Shown here one piece after another: positions 38,901-51,266 of a stretch of 64,000 nucleotides of DNA. A program made the position numbers and the translations under genes. The first letter of the stretch is position 1. Each line of letters starts with the position of its first letter. The stretch comes from Ascidiella aspersa (taxonomy: Eukaryota): contig OZ004610.1 in NCBI GenBank assembly GCA_963924565.1, positions 12,710,001 through 12,774,000 on the forward strand. Reading direction: 5' to 3'. The notes under the pieces are model-generated. The model did not search any database. It had not been told where the DNA came from and was given only the letters and a program-made list of their open reading frames with translations.

Positions 38901-41900
38901 TTAGTAAACTCTCAGCTTTTAATGACCAAAATTGGCTGACCTAAAAATGCAAAATACAAGTCTATTGAATTACGCAGTGTTTTGTTACTTTGCTGGTATG
39001 CTGTAAAATACTGTAATATTATACAAAACAAAGGCAAATTTCAATGTTAGAATCTACTTTTAAGGCAAGTCGGTTAACAACTGCTCAACTTCTGGCAATT
39101 ATGCTTCAATTTAAGCTTCGTCGCCATATAAATCCTACAAATGAATTTCACTAAAAAGTGCTTTCTCCTTAGGGACACGAAGTTGGGCAAGGCGGTGGTG
39201 GCAAGTCGCTCTTTTGCGCACCTGGTGGACGATGTGCACCGTTCCCACAGCAAATCAAGCGAGCCGTCGCCACTGAGGAAATGCTCCCTCACAGACCGGG
39301 GCCTACCCGTTGTAAGCCTCGTGAACGGAAAAACCTACTCCTTCAGTCTGGACCTGGCCTCCTGGTGAGCCGTAAACCTACAATCGTACCGTTTCGACTG
39401 GTCCCTAAAATTTCTTTTTCACGGAGATAATCTTTCATTCAGAGAAATATTTTTCGTATCTCTGTAGTTTTGCGTTGGCGGTGTGAAACAATATTTAAAT
39501 TCTGCCTTATTACTGCTTACTACTTATGTTCTAATAAAACTTTTACAGACAACCCCCCGATGTAGATATACTGTATTGCATTAACATTAATTCCCTAAAT
39601 AGTTTAATTCTATTTCGAACCCTTTTGATTAGTTTCATTAAACTTTCAAGTGATACATCAAATGTATTTTTGTCAATTTGAAGTGCGACAATTTCAAAGC
39701 TCTTACAGAAGTAGGTGGCATTTTGAACCTTTCGAATATCTCTTTATTCATTTTCAACACACATATGTTAAAAATAAATAATGAGATATTCGAAACGTTC
39801 GTGCTACTTACTTCTGTATGGGCTTTGATATTCTCCAGCCATTATGCTTCCAAGTGCAAGAACTTTTATCTTTATTTAAAATTCCACGAACTGTTTCGCA
39901 ATATACGATCGTGCGATTCCGCGACAGGGTGTTGGTCCGTTCCACCAGCGACGTGGTCGAACAGTTTGCCGAAAACATCGCGCTGCCAACCGACGATCAC
40001 GCGAGCTCCCTGGGCGACCAATTGCTCCCCTCCATTCTCAAAAAGGTCACTGTCGGGTGAGAGGAGCCAGAAAATGCTTTTTTGATTAAGTTGCGGCGTG
40101 CCTGTGTTTATTTTGCGCAGCGATTCCAGCGCCACCCGCGGGAATTTCCTTTATTCTGTTTGACTGCCACTTTATGTTGACTTTCGCTGTGTGATGTCGT
40201 GCCAAGGTGGTGTTTGTCAAATGTATTTGCTAATTGCGCGTTAAAACGCCGAAAGAAAGCCTGACAAAACTTCACCTGATTTTGTATAGGTTGTGTATTT
40301 TTTGCATTGCTGTCAAAAAACTATTTTTTGTTAGGGCAAATTTAAGAAATTTGATTCTAGCTAGTTTATTTCAAACAAAAATTACTACGCTAGTCTTAAT
40401 GTAAACGGTAATACGAAACTAATATTTTTTCTCAATCCATTTAAAAAAATGTAATAGTTCAACTCGAGCGTTACTCTGTTTTAACTAGACAAAATTAAAA
40501 AAAAACGGTAAAAATGGAAACACCTTTTACGTTCCTAGTTTTTTTAGGTGAATAAATTGATTTTTTATATAGCTGTTTCTACCCCGACAATAGTTGTGTT
40601 TTAAGCGCCTTAAATGCTGGACTGAGCAAGACTTTGTTTTGTCCTTCGTGACCAAGCTTTAAATACCCTTATTGCCGACTAAATTTTTTGGCTGCAAAAA
40701 TTGTTTTTTTTATTAATCCGTTTCTACCCCGACAATAGTTGTGATTTAAGCACCCCAAATGCTTGACTAAGCAAGACATTGTTTTGTCCTTCGTGACCAA
40801 GCTTTAAATACCCTTATTACCGACTGGTCCAGGTTGGGTGCTCACGCCTCGCGATCGTCGCACACCGACCCGGCCACGCAACGCAACGCCACCCTCGCCA
40901 TGCTGGAGAACAAGCTGGCCGCCTGCGTGCTCATCGAGTCCGTGCATGAATACAAGAAGTGGATGCTCGCCTACGTTAGGTTGGTTGGCGCTTGCTATAT
41001 TGTCTACTCGTATGCCTCTAGGTGTGATTTTTTTAAGACTTGAGTTAAGAACACCTAAAGCCCGGCATGAGCCATTATTCGTTGGCTTTTAGCAACTGAA
41101 ACGTACATATACATAATGTGTGTTCTCTGATCAAGCCTTTCTGGTGTCGTACTGGCCAACGATAACGAATAAGTACATAAAATACCTTCGGAAAGGCTTA
41201 CCAAAATAAATCAGTAAGCCTGGTATAAAAGCCTGGCCTTGTTTGCACTATAATCCTTATCGGCCGACAAAATTCGGTAAGCTATTCCGAAGGCATCTTG
41301 TGTCGTTGGGTATAAACAGGAATATTTTCAACAGAAAATAAAATAGGTTTCTATTTCTTCTATTTACCTAGCCAGCCCTGTCCCAAGTTGGTGAAATACC
41401 AAACCAAGTTTAACCTTGGTCAATTTAATTTATACTATTTGTAACTACTTAAAAAGGTTATTCACAGTAAAATTGTAGCTAAAACTCACTCTGCATCACT
41501 ACAAAAGTTCATTTTGGCTTTCTCATTTCTCAACTGACTCAGATTCCAGATTTCGTTAAACTTGTAAAGGATTTATTTCTATTTAAAAAAAAATACAATT
41601 TTCTACTGTGTAGGTATTTGGTGCAAGAAAACCAAGAAGTGCGACTTCGAGAGGTGTGCAACGACTTGATAGGCCCGGTCGCTAGAAGGTCAAAGGTCAG
41701 CACGAAACCTGGTGAACCCGGACACTGGAAAACCCACGTTCTGGTGAATTATTGCCTCGTGTTGAATTAGATTAAACCAGGGGTTCTTAAACTGGGGTCC
41801 ATTGACCCCTTTGGGGGTACGGGAACTTGTTTTAGGGGGTCAATGAAGGCCTAATTAAAACATTAGTCTATATTTGAAAAGTAATCATTTTTTTCAAGAA

Positions 41901-42556
41901 AATAGTTTAATTAAAACGTTTTTTCCACTGACTGTATTTTGACTTCAGTTCACCTATACATTTTTTGGACCGAAAACAACATATTTCTGAAGTCTAATTG
42001 TATCGTTTATTTTTTTGTAATTTATGACGTCATCCCTAAACATTTTTTACCTATCCTGGTCCACGCGAAACCAGAAAAAATATAAGGGTCAGCGACAAAA
42101 AAAAGTTCCCCTGCGTTAAACAAATTATCGCTGTAAGGTCGACCGCAACAAGTTCGCCGAATAAACCTAAGTTACTGGACAGCGCATAGCAAAAACTAAA
42201 CCATCATTTCGGTTTGGATGTATTGAAATTTTTCAACTGTTGATTTGCGCTAAACGCGAAAACTGTAGGGCTTAATGCTCATAGTTCGTTGGTGTGCGTG
42301 GCAAACCGTGGCATACTTTAATTTAATGTAGCAATTTATCAAACGCTGATCTTCAATGGTCTAATTCTTAGTAAAAACTACTAAACTCCTTCTACGTACA
42401 AACTTACAGGGAATTCAGAAGCAAGTGCTCCTGCAAGACGAGGTACTACCCATTGTCGCTTCCAATCTTGCCTTCCAGCGACTATACACCGAGTACCAGG
42501 ACCAGCTCGACAATCGAACAAGGCGCTCGTACGCAGGATTAAACGGCGGGTTTTGA
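26904..42556 (+). CDS. HIRA: Histone H3.3 chaperone HIRA (WD40 + B domain + Hira C-terminal domain)
   Basis: Starts [13 protein letters not shown]|[19 protein letters not shown] (exons 26904-26940, 27962-28141). WD40 exons include [23 protein letters not shown] and [31 protein letters not shown]1-binding B domain [16 protein letters not shown] at about 33605-33683. C-terminal [17 protein letters not shown] and [16 protein letters not shown]. Stop TGA 42554-42556. Confidence 0.96.
27220..27426. mobile_element. Short hAT-type MITE in HIRA intron 1
   Basis: CAGTGGTTCTTAACC ... GGTTAATAAACCCT termini. Confidence 0.55.
31506..31906. mobile_element. hAT-type MITE with AAGTC repeats (family copy 2)
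   Basis: CAGTTTTGTAAACAAGTC...GTCATTACAACACTG; TSD ATTTATAG/AGTTATAG (1 mismatch); homologous to 20866-21315. Confidence 0.85.
40574..40825. repeat. ~105-bp direct duplication immediately upstream of a HIRA exon
   Basis: GTTTCTACCCCGACAATAGTTGTG...GACCAAGCTTTAAATACCCTTATT(G/A)CCGACT at about 40575-40680 and 40720-40825. Confidence 0.85.
41778..42113. mobile_element. hAT-type MITE
   Basis: CAGGGGTTCTTAAACTGGGGTCC ... TTCCCCTG; flanks GATTAAAC/CGTTAAAC resemble an 8-bp TSD. Confidence 0.65.
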
Positions 42557-44208
42557 GAATAATCAACTTTTTTACGATTTGCAATTCACTGCCATACTGA
42601 TGAACCGCATGTTCTGCTCGTCTGCCTATACTACATAAGAAAAGCAGCTTCCAGAACAGACAATAAATAAACTACCAAAGCCGAACATTCTGGTTTGTGT
42701 TGTTAGTATTGTAGTTCAGAGAGGAACACGAGACTAATATTAACGTCGCGGGAAAATGCTTTTGTATTCTAGCCATTGTTTTTTAACTGATGATTTATGA
42801 GTAAATGCAAAAATGAAAGAAGGCCAGTGTAGATGCTAATACAGAATATAATGGTACCTTTGGTTTGACGAAGAGTTCCGGAAGCTGGACCCTGACACAG
42901 ACTTGGACAACAAGCGGATTCTTGTTTTCTAGTTCAATAAATTAGAGCTAAAAACTCTAATATTGATTTTGGCAAATAATTCTAATCTATTTTTGATTTT
43001 ACCAAAAATGCTACTTTGTCCAGCGGCATATATCGTCCCTTAGTCCAAACAAAAAATATGAATTTATATTATTTACTCGAAACGACTTAATTTCGATTTA
43101 AAGTAAACGATTGTAAATGTAATTCTGTTTTTTAAGAAATTTGTAATTCTAACTCTTGTTTCTAATTTTCTATTTGAATTAAATTCTGTTTTTAGGAATT
43201 AAGCATTTCTAAAAAACTAAGATGATCTAATTCTAATTTCGATCTCATTCTAAATCTGTACTATTTTGAAATACCAAAATAAATTTAGTTGTCCCGTTCG
43301 TTGGCAAACGTTACTTAATCCTATCCACCTATTTTTTTATTATTTTAGACTAAATTGCTGACACTACATAATGAATTTAAGTGTACTTAGTTTATTCCAC
43401 CAGGAGCGGGTTTAGACAACATAGATGTTATAGGTTGCCACACGCATGGCTTAATATTGTAAAATGGGCATATACTCACGCTTGGTGTTTATTCGAACAA
43501 CGAAGAACACTGATCGAATTTTGGGAAAAAAAGCTGGCGAAATGAAATTCAGAACGGAAGCGTTTGTTTTTTTGAAAACGTATATCTAATTCTGGCGAAC
43601 CATTGCTAACCGTAAATTATTGTTTGAAGGTGGTAAATATATAAAATACTTAACAGTAATTATTTTTAGGATTCATCTATTTCGTTTTGGAGATGACTGG
43701 AATATGCTAGCTGTTCGTTGTTAATTTTTTTTTTTTGAAATTGTGACGGCATGGCGGAAAAGTGTTACAGCACAAACCGTAAAAAGCAAAATAGAAAATA
43801 ATGTTTATTAGATTTACTTGTTTGTTTTCGTAGGTGCTTTAAACTTGTTGGATATAAAAATGCAAAACTGTGCGGTTTCGAAATTTATTTAACAAAAGTC
43901 GACCTTGAACTTCAAAAATCGATTCCTTGGTATATGAAGCAACATTATAACAAAGCGTTGCAAAATCACTCTTTTAAGATACAAGCGGCATTGAAGGTAA
44001 ATCCGGCAAATTGAAAGTTATTTTATATCTGAAGCGATTGGCATAGAGAAGCAAGCAACTGTACTCTTTACAGTCAGCGGTGGTTGTGAAAACGACATTA
44101 TCCATTGTTAAAATGGTGCTGATTGAAATCAATTCCGCCTTGAGCCAACCAACATTTCTTGGCCGAAAAGCATTTCAAAGCGAAAGGTGTTGTTACGGGG
44201 ACGGCGCC

Positions 44209-47200
44209 TTATTCGACGTTCTTTTTGTCTGTGAGCAATTTTTCCAGTTCGTCTGCATCGTCGGAGGTTTTAACTCGAATCAGCATTGAAACAACCTGAA
44301 ACAGATTTTACAACTTCTCTTAAAATGTCCTAAAACTACGAAACAGATTGCAAAAAAAACTATTTTTTTATTTAAGCCTTTATAATCAAAGGCAGCGTTT
44401 TTTCATATAGCTCGCTCTAAGCGCGAGTGGTTTTCCTTGAAGTTAAAAATAAAATAAAATAAATGACCTTATCCGGTTCGTTTTCATCGATTGGTGGGTT
44501 CGGCACGCAAGAAATCGCAACGTTGTTCTTGCCCTGCTTACTGACAGGAATCGCCTTGTTAAGCAAAATGTTGAGGAGGATATTTCCCAAGGCCGTGTCG
44601 GCGCGAACGATCAACTGGGTCTTCTTGGACTCGGTAACTTCCTTGAGGTGAAGATATCCGACTCCTTTGTCGGCGTAACTCCCCTCCTTCATGTAGAAAA
44701 GCTTGCACCTATAAAAATATTTCTCTTTTTTGGTGTTTAAAAAAGTGATTTAATGCAAAGCTTGCACCTAAAAAATATTTCTGTTTTTTGGTGTTTAAAG
44801 AAGGGATGTGAAGCAGAGTCACGTTGCATTAAAAACTTTTAAAATGTCGGTGTTTGCTTTCAATAAATGACCTGTTGTTTTGCTGTCCTAGTATCACTAA
44901 CTTACTTTTTGGTGTAAAATGCATCGTCTTCTTTAACTGCTTCAACGTCGGGTTTGGGAGGGACATACTCATCTTCCTTTGGAGTTGAAAAAGAAACATG
45001 CTTTACATTACATTATTAAACTAAATAACACCCTTTTTTGTCATTAATCAAAATGGAAACAGGGAAAGGTATATATATTTTTCGCCTATAGTTGCAATTA
45101 CATTGCCCTGAATAAATTTGCCCGAATAGGTCATCGAAACGTTGGCTCTTTAATAAAATTTTGCCGGAAGAGCAATTTTATAATTAAAACAATGCGCAAC
45201 ATTCAGAGAACGATGGATCATTCAATATTTAGCGCTTTATCAGTAAACATCACCTTTGAATCCGATTGTGATGTTTGAGCAGCAGCCAGAGGCATTGGTG
45301 CACTGACAGCCGACGAGGAAAACTGGAAACCCGTAAAACCGGACGAGGTTGGTTTTGACAGGTCGCCAAACTTTCCAAAACCCTTGAAGGGAGATGCGGT
45401 GGAGGTGCTGGGCGCAAACATGGGTTTTGCTGGCGGCGAGGTTGCTTTTGCCTGACTTGCAGAGGAGAACAGGGATTTGCTTGGAGTAGAAACTGCTGCT
45501 AATGTGGTAGCTGGGATGGATGTATCTTCTTTGAGAAAACCAAAGGTTTTCTTTAGAGGAGAAGACTCCTTGTCGGGTGCTGAGCCTTGACTGAAATCAA
45601 ATTGGTAATACTTTTTTGAGTCTGCAAATTTAATGCTTTATTCCACTGTTTATCAAACTATTTTTCTTGTGACGCCTTTAAAAATTGTTGTTGGACTTGC
45701 GACACACCCGAGCGATAGGAGTTTTACTTATTTGTTTGTTTACAACATAACATCAAAAAATTTGCAAGCCTTTTATTACCACAATTGAGTTTAAATACGA
45801 AGTGGATTCACTATGCGACGCCCTCCGAAAATTGACACGACGCACCAGGGCATCACAACGCACAGTTTGAGAACCATTGCTTTATTCAATTAATTCATTT
45901 AAAAAACATGCATACATTTTAATTTATTTAATTACCAGATATCCAAGGGATACCAAACACTTTTTCAAGTGAAAATTAGCAAAATTGGAGTAATTAAGAT
46001 GGGTAAAGACCAGGTTTACAATTATATTAGGCCGTAACATGCCTTTTGAGAAGCTTTAATCTACCTTCCACTGTCAAATTGCAATTTACAAAAATTATGT
46101 TTTTAAAAACTATACCTGCTGTCACATTCAGATTGACTTTCCCCAAACTTTTCATCGATGCTACTCATGTGTTTTTCATAGTCTTTGAAAATCGGAGTAA
46201 GGTCACACAGTGGATTTTTATTCACGTGATCCTGAATATAAAGTTGCGATCACAGCAAGTTTAAGAGTCACTTCAAAGACAAACACAAAAATGCAAACAT
46301 ACCATTATCCATTGGCTGACACTTTTATTGAGAGCACTGAGATGCCTGTTGTACTCTGAACTTTTACTTCCCATGGTAGCTTCCTCAGATTTTTTCATCT
46401 GCATATATGTCATTTTAAGGTACAAGTAAATAATAAATTAACTGGCTATGTTAATGTGGTAACTCACCAATGGAGAAGATTGGCTGCTACTTGAAACGTC
46501 ACCTACTACTTTGGTAGCAGTACTCTCAAGCTTGGCTGAAAACAAACATATTTATATTATATAAATTAATTAGACAAATTGGAAATAAAATAACATAAAC
46601 TAGATTATAAACAACCTTTACAAATTTAAGTTGATCTACCTGTGTTGAGCTTGAAGGTACTAACAGGTAGATTTGAATTTGACGCAAGGTTGAAACCCTT
46701 AAAACCGTTGGAACTTGTTTGTGCGGTAGTTGGTTTCAAACCACCAAAACCAGAAAATACTCCAGAACCCTGTAAAATGTGCAAGAAAAAAACTGTTTTA
46801 AGTCTAACTATTGAATATTAACATCAAATGCGAGTGAAACAAAGGAAACATAACAAAATACTAACTTAAGGATGATGGAACACAGATGATTTTTTGTCCT
46901 GAGCATACAAAGTTATATGGACACATATTTGAGGGTTAGGGACAGGCACAATTACAATACTTTATTTGGGACCAATAGGGTCTTTTCAATAATGTAACAG
47001 ATGGTCCACAAATGTCATTGATGCTATCTGATTTACCATTGTCAGCCATATTTGAGGCCAGCGTAAACCAGTAAAAATAAGATTTAGGAGCGCTTTAGTC
47101 GATGTTGTGTTGCAATAAGTTTGCAACCAAACATCATTAAAGGTTAAGTAAATTCTAATTCGATAATCTAAATGAAGGCGCTTCTATGTTGTTAAAGAAT

Positions 47201-48472
47201 ATATTTTAAACTTGTAGGACACAAAAATCAAGGCAACAGACATCAAATTTAGAATAAAGCAGAAAGTCTGGTAGAGGTCCTAAATAGTTGCATTGGGGGT
47301 TGTCAAAACTGACTCCGATGAGATAAGTTTTCTATTAATAATGCCACTTTAAATACTATGCATATTTTATTTGTTTAAGTTAACCATGTTACTGAAAAAC
47401 GGAGACAAATATGAAGGTGATGCTCCACTTGATATAATGTTCAAATGCCCTATAAGGATTTAAGAAAACCTTTTTTTGCTTTAAGTTGTTGCCAAAATTT
47501 CAGAATTGCAACACATCATATTACTGCTAATAACAGACCACCTTCCAATGTAAAGCAGTATAGGGAATAATCTTGGTGGAAATCCAGTTTGCACTCTGTG
47601 GCACGAGCACACCAGAGATTTTTGAAAGCAGACTTTTGCGTGCATGTGCATGAATAAGCAACTTGCATGTACCTAAATTTAAATTAACGATCTTTGAGTG
47701 TGCATAAAACGTTGATTCTATATTTGCACACATCAAAATTTGGCGCTGCACACCAAGATCTCGGTGTGAAATGCCATGAAATGCAGACTTGTGTACATCG
47801 GAGTTAGTAAATTACAAACCAAAATTTTGCAAAAAAAGGTTGAATTGTGGAAAGATTTCAAACCTTATACATAAACCAAAACGTGTTGCACACCTGTACA
47901 GTGCACCTAAAAATTTGGTGCTAAACACCTCAGATCCTAGCAAAAAGTGAAATGGAACACAGACTGCACAACCCAAATGCATTTAATTTTACAACGTATC
48001 CACCAGAAATGCTATAAAATAATGTCACTGCCACTCTTTATGGAAGCCAGTCCACCCCAAAGATGTTTGGAAAAAGGCACTGAATGTAATCAGGCTGGGC
48101 AACATGCAACTAATTTCGGCGCTGGTCTCGAATCCTACCACAACAAGCATTATTTGGGTTAGGTTGCACCTAACATGTTTTGGGTTAAGGTGGGTCAAGT
48201 TTTATTATAATAATAATACTTGACCCACCCACACCCAAACGCCGACTTCATAACTATGGTAGGATTCTAGACCAGCGCCCTAATTTCTGTTAAAGGATGT
48301 TAAATGATCTCACTTTTGTTGCCGACTCTGGATTTCTTCTTTTTGCTTTTTTCATAACCCTTGCTTTGAGCACGTCAGTTTCAGCAGCTTGAAAAACTCC
48401 TGCCTCTTGGGGCTCATCTTCGTCTTCCCAGTTCTGGTCGGTCAAATATTTATCAGCACCTCTCTTGGACAT
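44209..48472 (-). CDS. NUP50: Nucleoporin Nup50 (N-terminal importin-alpha-binding segment, FG repeats, C-terminal Ran-binding domain)
   Basis: N-terminus MSKRGADKYLTDQNWEDEDEPQEAGVF..ARVMKKAKRR; FSGFGG/FKGF repeats. RanBD: EDDAFYTKK|CKLFYMKEGSYADKGVGYLHLK..QLIVRADTALGNILLNILL..CVPNPP|..MLIRVKTSDDADEL. About 9 exons; stop TAA 44211-44209. Confidence 0.93.
44698..44810. repeat. 59-bp tandem duplication spanning a NUP50 splice acceptor
   Basis: AAAGCTTGCACCTA(T)AAAAATATTTCT..TTTTTGGTGTTTAAA occurs twice, 59 nt apart. Confidence 0.85.
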
Positions 48473-48980
48473 GCCAGCAGAATCATAAAGACCAACGAAA
48501 CGAACTTTTCCTAGAGCTGACGGTCTTTTATGCGGCCTTCAATATATTCTTGTTTAATTGCTGTAACTCTTTGTAACCAACGAAGAGCAGGGTTTATACA
48601 AGAACAAAGTTACAGGTGAAACACGATTGACGTATCTGACAAACTTACACAACATGTTCTCATAAAAATCTTACGAAATTTCGATTGACACTAGTAATGC
48701 AGCTTTGGTTGGTTTGTTTGGATTTGTATTAAATATTTGTTTTTTCTCACGTATCTTAATTAGTTTCCACATTTTAATGCCTGTTTATAGCTTTTAATTT
48801 TTACACATGCATGTAAAATAGTTGTAGTGATAATACAATGCTAATTGCTAATACAACATTGTAATATTTGTTTTAGTTTAGGTGTTAGTCTGTGTTGTAA
48901 AACCTTTGTGAGAAGTGTAATAAATAATCGTGTTTCGTACAGTTGCGTTTAGCTAAATCCAAAGAGGTTATAATCTCTTT

Positions 48981-51266
48981 GGCTAAATCGATGCCGATGC
49001 GTGACACCCTGTCATGGATGTGGTGTCACCCTGTCACTCATTTTTTTTTTAATCTGGAAAAGGTTTGCTATGGTCAAAGCGCACTTTTATTAGGTTAAAA
49101 ACATTTTTAATTGTGGATTTTCATAACTGATAAATTATACTGTTCAAATTAATACTTTTTGATTGTACAAGATTTTCAGCCCGATAATAGGTACCTAGCC
49201 TTCTTCTAAACCAGCGGCTGGAAACTTAACAACATAACTCATAAATTGTATAATTTTTTTTCCATTAACAGCATTAAAATCCTATTAAATGTATACCCGG
49301 TAGTGATAAGCGTTACAGACTAATTTTTGTTTGATTTATAAAAAAAGTAATTATTAAAAGCACTCTGTATGTTATTTGAATTGCCTGTTATGATATGGTT
49401 AAGTTTATTAGTAATTTGGAACACTTTAATTTTAAGCAGTTGTTATTTGTACCAAAATGATTGCTGCTTGTCACACATTACTGCCCCTAAATACACAGGA
49501 CATTAGACATGCCTTAAAAGTTTTATCAAACAGTGTTTATAACTGTTTTGCAAAATGACAATAATTCACTCGCAGAACACACCAAAAAAAACTATTCTTC
49601 TTCCTGGATTTCTATTCTTCCTGGATTCTTTCAGTTGACATTCAACACATCGTTTTATTATATTTTATTACAAAGCAAGGGATGCCAAAAAAGGTTGACA
49701 GTCGCACAACGAAATAAATACGGACTAGTTTTGGCCACACCTTGAGTTTTTTACTGCTACACACACGTAATTTTCACAGCAGACAGACACGACTAAACGC
49801 ATTTTTAGCGAGATAGTGCGTGCACTACTTTTTGCCGTGACTAAAGATACTTTTTGATAGAAACCACCATTTTTTTACGGGTTTTGGTAGGTTTTATGTT
49901 CGGAATGTTATTTTACAAGGTTTAGCAAGTATTTTTTTAAAATTATCATGAAAATATATTCCTGGAACGCTTGAAAAGCCTTTTAATTCGAATCTTTCTT
50001 TTCTATGTCTGATTTTACCAGCTTGACTAGTTTAAAAAAACAATTTTTATGACATCCTTGCGTAATTTTGAAACTTATCTTCATGTTTCAATAAAGTGCA
50101 AAAAGTGTATGAAAATAACCCTATTTATACCTTTTTTCACAAATAGGGTGTACCCGCACTTGTGTTGCCGTATGAACGGCTTGTTAAGTTTCCAAATACA
50201 TATTTCTGCCAAAACTTCCATTTAATTTGCCTCCGCCATGATCATGACTGAATTATATCGCCTAGCTTTGTCGAGTTTAAGTTTCGCGCGCTTTGTCGGT
50301 GGGGATTAGACAGAGTCACTTTCATACACGACGCGACAAGTCAACAGTCAGACGTGTTTCGTCGCGTCGTGTCTGAATATTGAATATGTCTTCATACTGA
50401 TGCAAATATTTCACAAACAATATTCTACTAAATGAAGGACTTATTCAACTTTTACTGTAACCAAATATGTTTTAGGGCGTGTACTGTGTAAAACAGACAA
50501 AGTTTACGAATTAGCCATACTGCTGTCAATATGATTTAATTGCTTATTCACCTTTTGTATGTTGGCATACCTTATAAGAATAAACTAGAAAACTATTAGG
50601 TTGGTTGTGTTAATTAACTGAGGGGCAAAATGGGCCAACACTGCGCTGCATATAGATAATAAACTTAAAACAGTATTTAATTTTACAGATTGCCAACGAT
50701 ATCAGCTTTCAATTGACGAGGGTTTCATCGACTTCTTCCTTGGCAAGATTCTTTAAAGCCTTCAAGTTTTATAGATTCCTCCATTTCACATAATGCATCA
50801 GTTTTAAGCCATTTTTTTCATGTTGTTACACACTGCTAGAATACAAAACTTCAAATTTATAAAATAAATAGAGCCTTTCCTTTTTTGAGTAATTCTTCTA
50901 TGCCAGGCTTCCAGAAACTGCAATTAATATGTAATACCTGCATTCACGAATCGGTGACAGGGTGTCACGGAATCAGTGACAGGGTGTCACGGAATCAATG
51001 ACAGGGTGTCACAGAATCAGTGACAGGGTGTCACGGAATGGGTGACAAGGTGTCACGGAATCGGTGACAGGGTGTCACCAAATCGATGACACCTGTCACT
51101 AAATCGGTGACAGGGTGTCACGGAATCGGTGACATGGTGTCACCAAATCGATGACACCTGTCACTAAATCGGTGACAGGGTGTCACGAAATTGGTGACAG
51201 GTGTCATGGGTTTGGTGACACAGACAGGGTGTCAATAAAAAGTCACGACCCCTGTTGCATTTAACC
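48981..51266. mobile_element. Probable non-autonomous DNA transposon (~2.3 kb) with inverted GTGACACCCTGTCA subterminal repeats
   Basis: Left end GGCTAAAT..CGTGACACCCTGTCA (2 copies at 49000-49037); right end with an array of TGACAGGGTGTCAC and ..GTCACG..ATTTAACC; no intact ORF. Confidence 0.55.
50944..51235. repeat. Minisatellite, ~13 units of ~22 bp (CACGGAATCGGTGACAGGGTGT)
   Basis: Directly visible tandem array, including a duplicated higher-order block; each unit contains the hairpin GTGAC-AGGGT-GTCAC. Confidence 0.92.

Noticed and set aside
39818-40060. 80-aa ORF as a nested gene in HIRA
   Set aside because: Its 3' half (39928-40055) is an in-phase HIRA exon; the rest is intron read-through.
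50944-51235. CRISPR-like array
   Set aside because: Eukaryotic context, contiguous tandem units with no unique spacers, and no cas genes.
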